A stretch of 60,947 bases of DNA, filler included. It is 5 parts of 5 records of this genome, joined end to end, with 100 filler letters (N's around TTAATTAATTAA, not from the genome) between each part and the next. Parts side by side here need not be neighbours in the genome. Positions count along the whole stretch, not along the records: positions 48,116 to 60,947 come from SRR2962707_638; 4 more parts are not named here. One strand, given 5' to 3'. How positions within the stretch are numbered: position 1 is the first letter of the stretch; each line of letters begins with the position of its first letter. The notes beneath the pieces were generated by a model that did no database searches, had not been told where the DNA came from, and saw only the letters and a program-made list of their open reading frames with translations. Below, piece by piece: positions 60,042 to 60,947 of the stretch. A program made the position numbers and the translations under genes.

Positions 60042-60947
60042 TTATTTCTCCCAACGAGTTTCTGGTTCTTCTGGATTTTCTTCTAAACGAGCGGCTTGAA
60101 TAAAGCGCATGATCGTGCGTAGCACATCATCAATACCGTGACGTGTGGCAGATGATAGCAGCAACGGTTTTTGACCGCATGCCGCTTCAAGCGCAGCCGC
60201 TTTTTCTTCAAACTCTTCTTCAAGCAAAGTGTCTGTCTGCGAAAGAACAACAACTTCTGGCTTTTGGTCGAGTTCTAGGCCGTGGCCATAAGCATCAAGC
60301 TCACGGCGCACGATATTATAGGCTTCGGCGACGTTCTCTTCGCGTGCAGACACAAGATGCAACAGCACGCGCGTGCGTTCCACATGGCCAAGGAAGCGGT
60401 CGCCAATGCCAACGCCGTCATGGGCGCCCTCAATCAGGCCCGGAATGTCGGCGAGCACAAATTCTTTTTGGTCGATGCGCACAACACCCAAATTTGGATG
60501 CAGTGTTGTAAACGGATAGTCGGCAATCTTGGGCTTAGCAGATGTCACGCTGGCCAAAAAAGTTGATTTGCCTGCATTTGGCAAGCCCACGAGACCTGCA
60601 TCGGCAATCAATTTAAGGCGCAGCCAAATCCACTTTTCGATGCCTTCTTGGCCCGGATTGGCATGGCGTGGTGCTTGATTGGTTGACGATTTGAAGTGCG
60701 CGTTACCAAAACCACCATTGCCGCCTTTGGCAATGCGGTAGCGCTGACCAACTTCGGTCATATCGCAAATCAGCGTTTCATTGTCTTCTTCAAATACTTG
60801 CGTACCGACAGGCACAGCGAGAATTTTATCATCGCTCTTTTTGCCAGTCATATTGCGGCCCATGCCGTGAACACCGGTTGGTGCTTTAAAGTGCTGGGCA
60901 TAGCGATAATCGATCAGTGTATTGAGGCCATCAACGCATTCAACCCA
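60042..60947 (-). CDS. obgE: GTPase ObgE, 5' end outside window
   Basis: Frame open to window edge ([16 protein letters not shown]); [16 protein letters not shown] and DIPGLIEGA. Confidence 0.96.
   Translation of the reverse strand, partial: WVECVDGLNTLIDYRYAQHFKAPTGVHGMGRNMTGKKSDDKILAVPVGTQVFEEDNETLICDMTEVGQRYRIAKGGNGGFGNAHFKSSTNQAPRHANPGQEGIEKWIWLRLKLIADAGLVGLPNAGKSTFLASVTSAKPKIADYPFTTLHPNLGVVRIDQKEFVLADIPGLIEGAHDGVGIGDRFLGHVERTRVLLHLVSAREENVAEAYNIVRRELDAYGHGLELDQKPEVVVLSQTDTLLEEEFEEKAAALEAACGQKPLLLSSATRHGIDDVLRTIMRFIQAARLEENPEEPETRWEK

Overview
The window is not one continuous locus. It is five contigs joined by four artificial 100-nt linkers (N-runs around TTAATTAATTAA at 14936-15035, 31316-31415, 41471-41570 and 48016-48115), and the contigs appear to come from different bacteria. 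(1) 1-14935, Rhizobiales-like alphaproteobacterium: glutaryl-CoA dehydrogenase tail, CoA transferase, orphan polyamine-type binding protein, aldehyde dehydrogenase, a cysG-DUF2849-cysI-cysH-DUF934-fpr operon divergent from hemA (perfect FNR box), TerC, a hydrolase, ettA and a truncated tRNA-Thr. (2) 15036-31315, higher-GC alphaproteobacterium: MttB-family methyltransferase, ubiD, GAF/HD-GYP, YaiI, an ammonium transporter-histidine kinase fusion, cobalamin riboswitch-cbtBA, a TauD plus ureohydrolase pair, a dimethylglycine dehydrogenase-like flavoprotein, a BCCT transporter and a corrinoid protein. (3) 31416-41470, Rhodobacteraceae-like ppiD-trpE...trpG-trpD-ung-trpC region. (4) 41571-48015, AT-richer gammaproteobacterial-type, Fur-boxed heme uptake operon, bracketed by two related non-coding segments that resemble IS110-family ends. 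(5) 48116-60947, Rhizobiales-like atpD-(small ORF)-atpC and the obgE-proB-proA-nadD-rsfS-rlmH-envC-ctpA-rppH core cluster. Best leads: the Amt-kinase ammonium sensor, the repeated structured IS110/bridge-RNA-like segments around the heme operon, a small glycine-zipper membrane ORF inside the F1 ATP synthase operon, a recurring GTC-N8-GAC motif upstream of four methylamine/betaine genes, and the TauD-ureohydrolase pair. All assignments come from motif recognition; no database searches were run.
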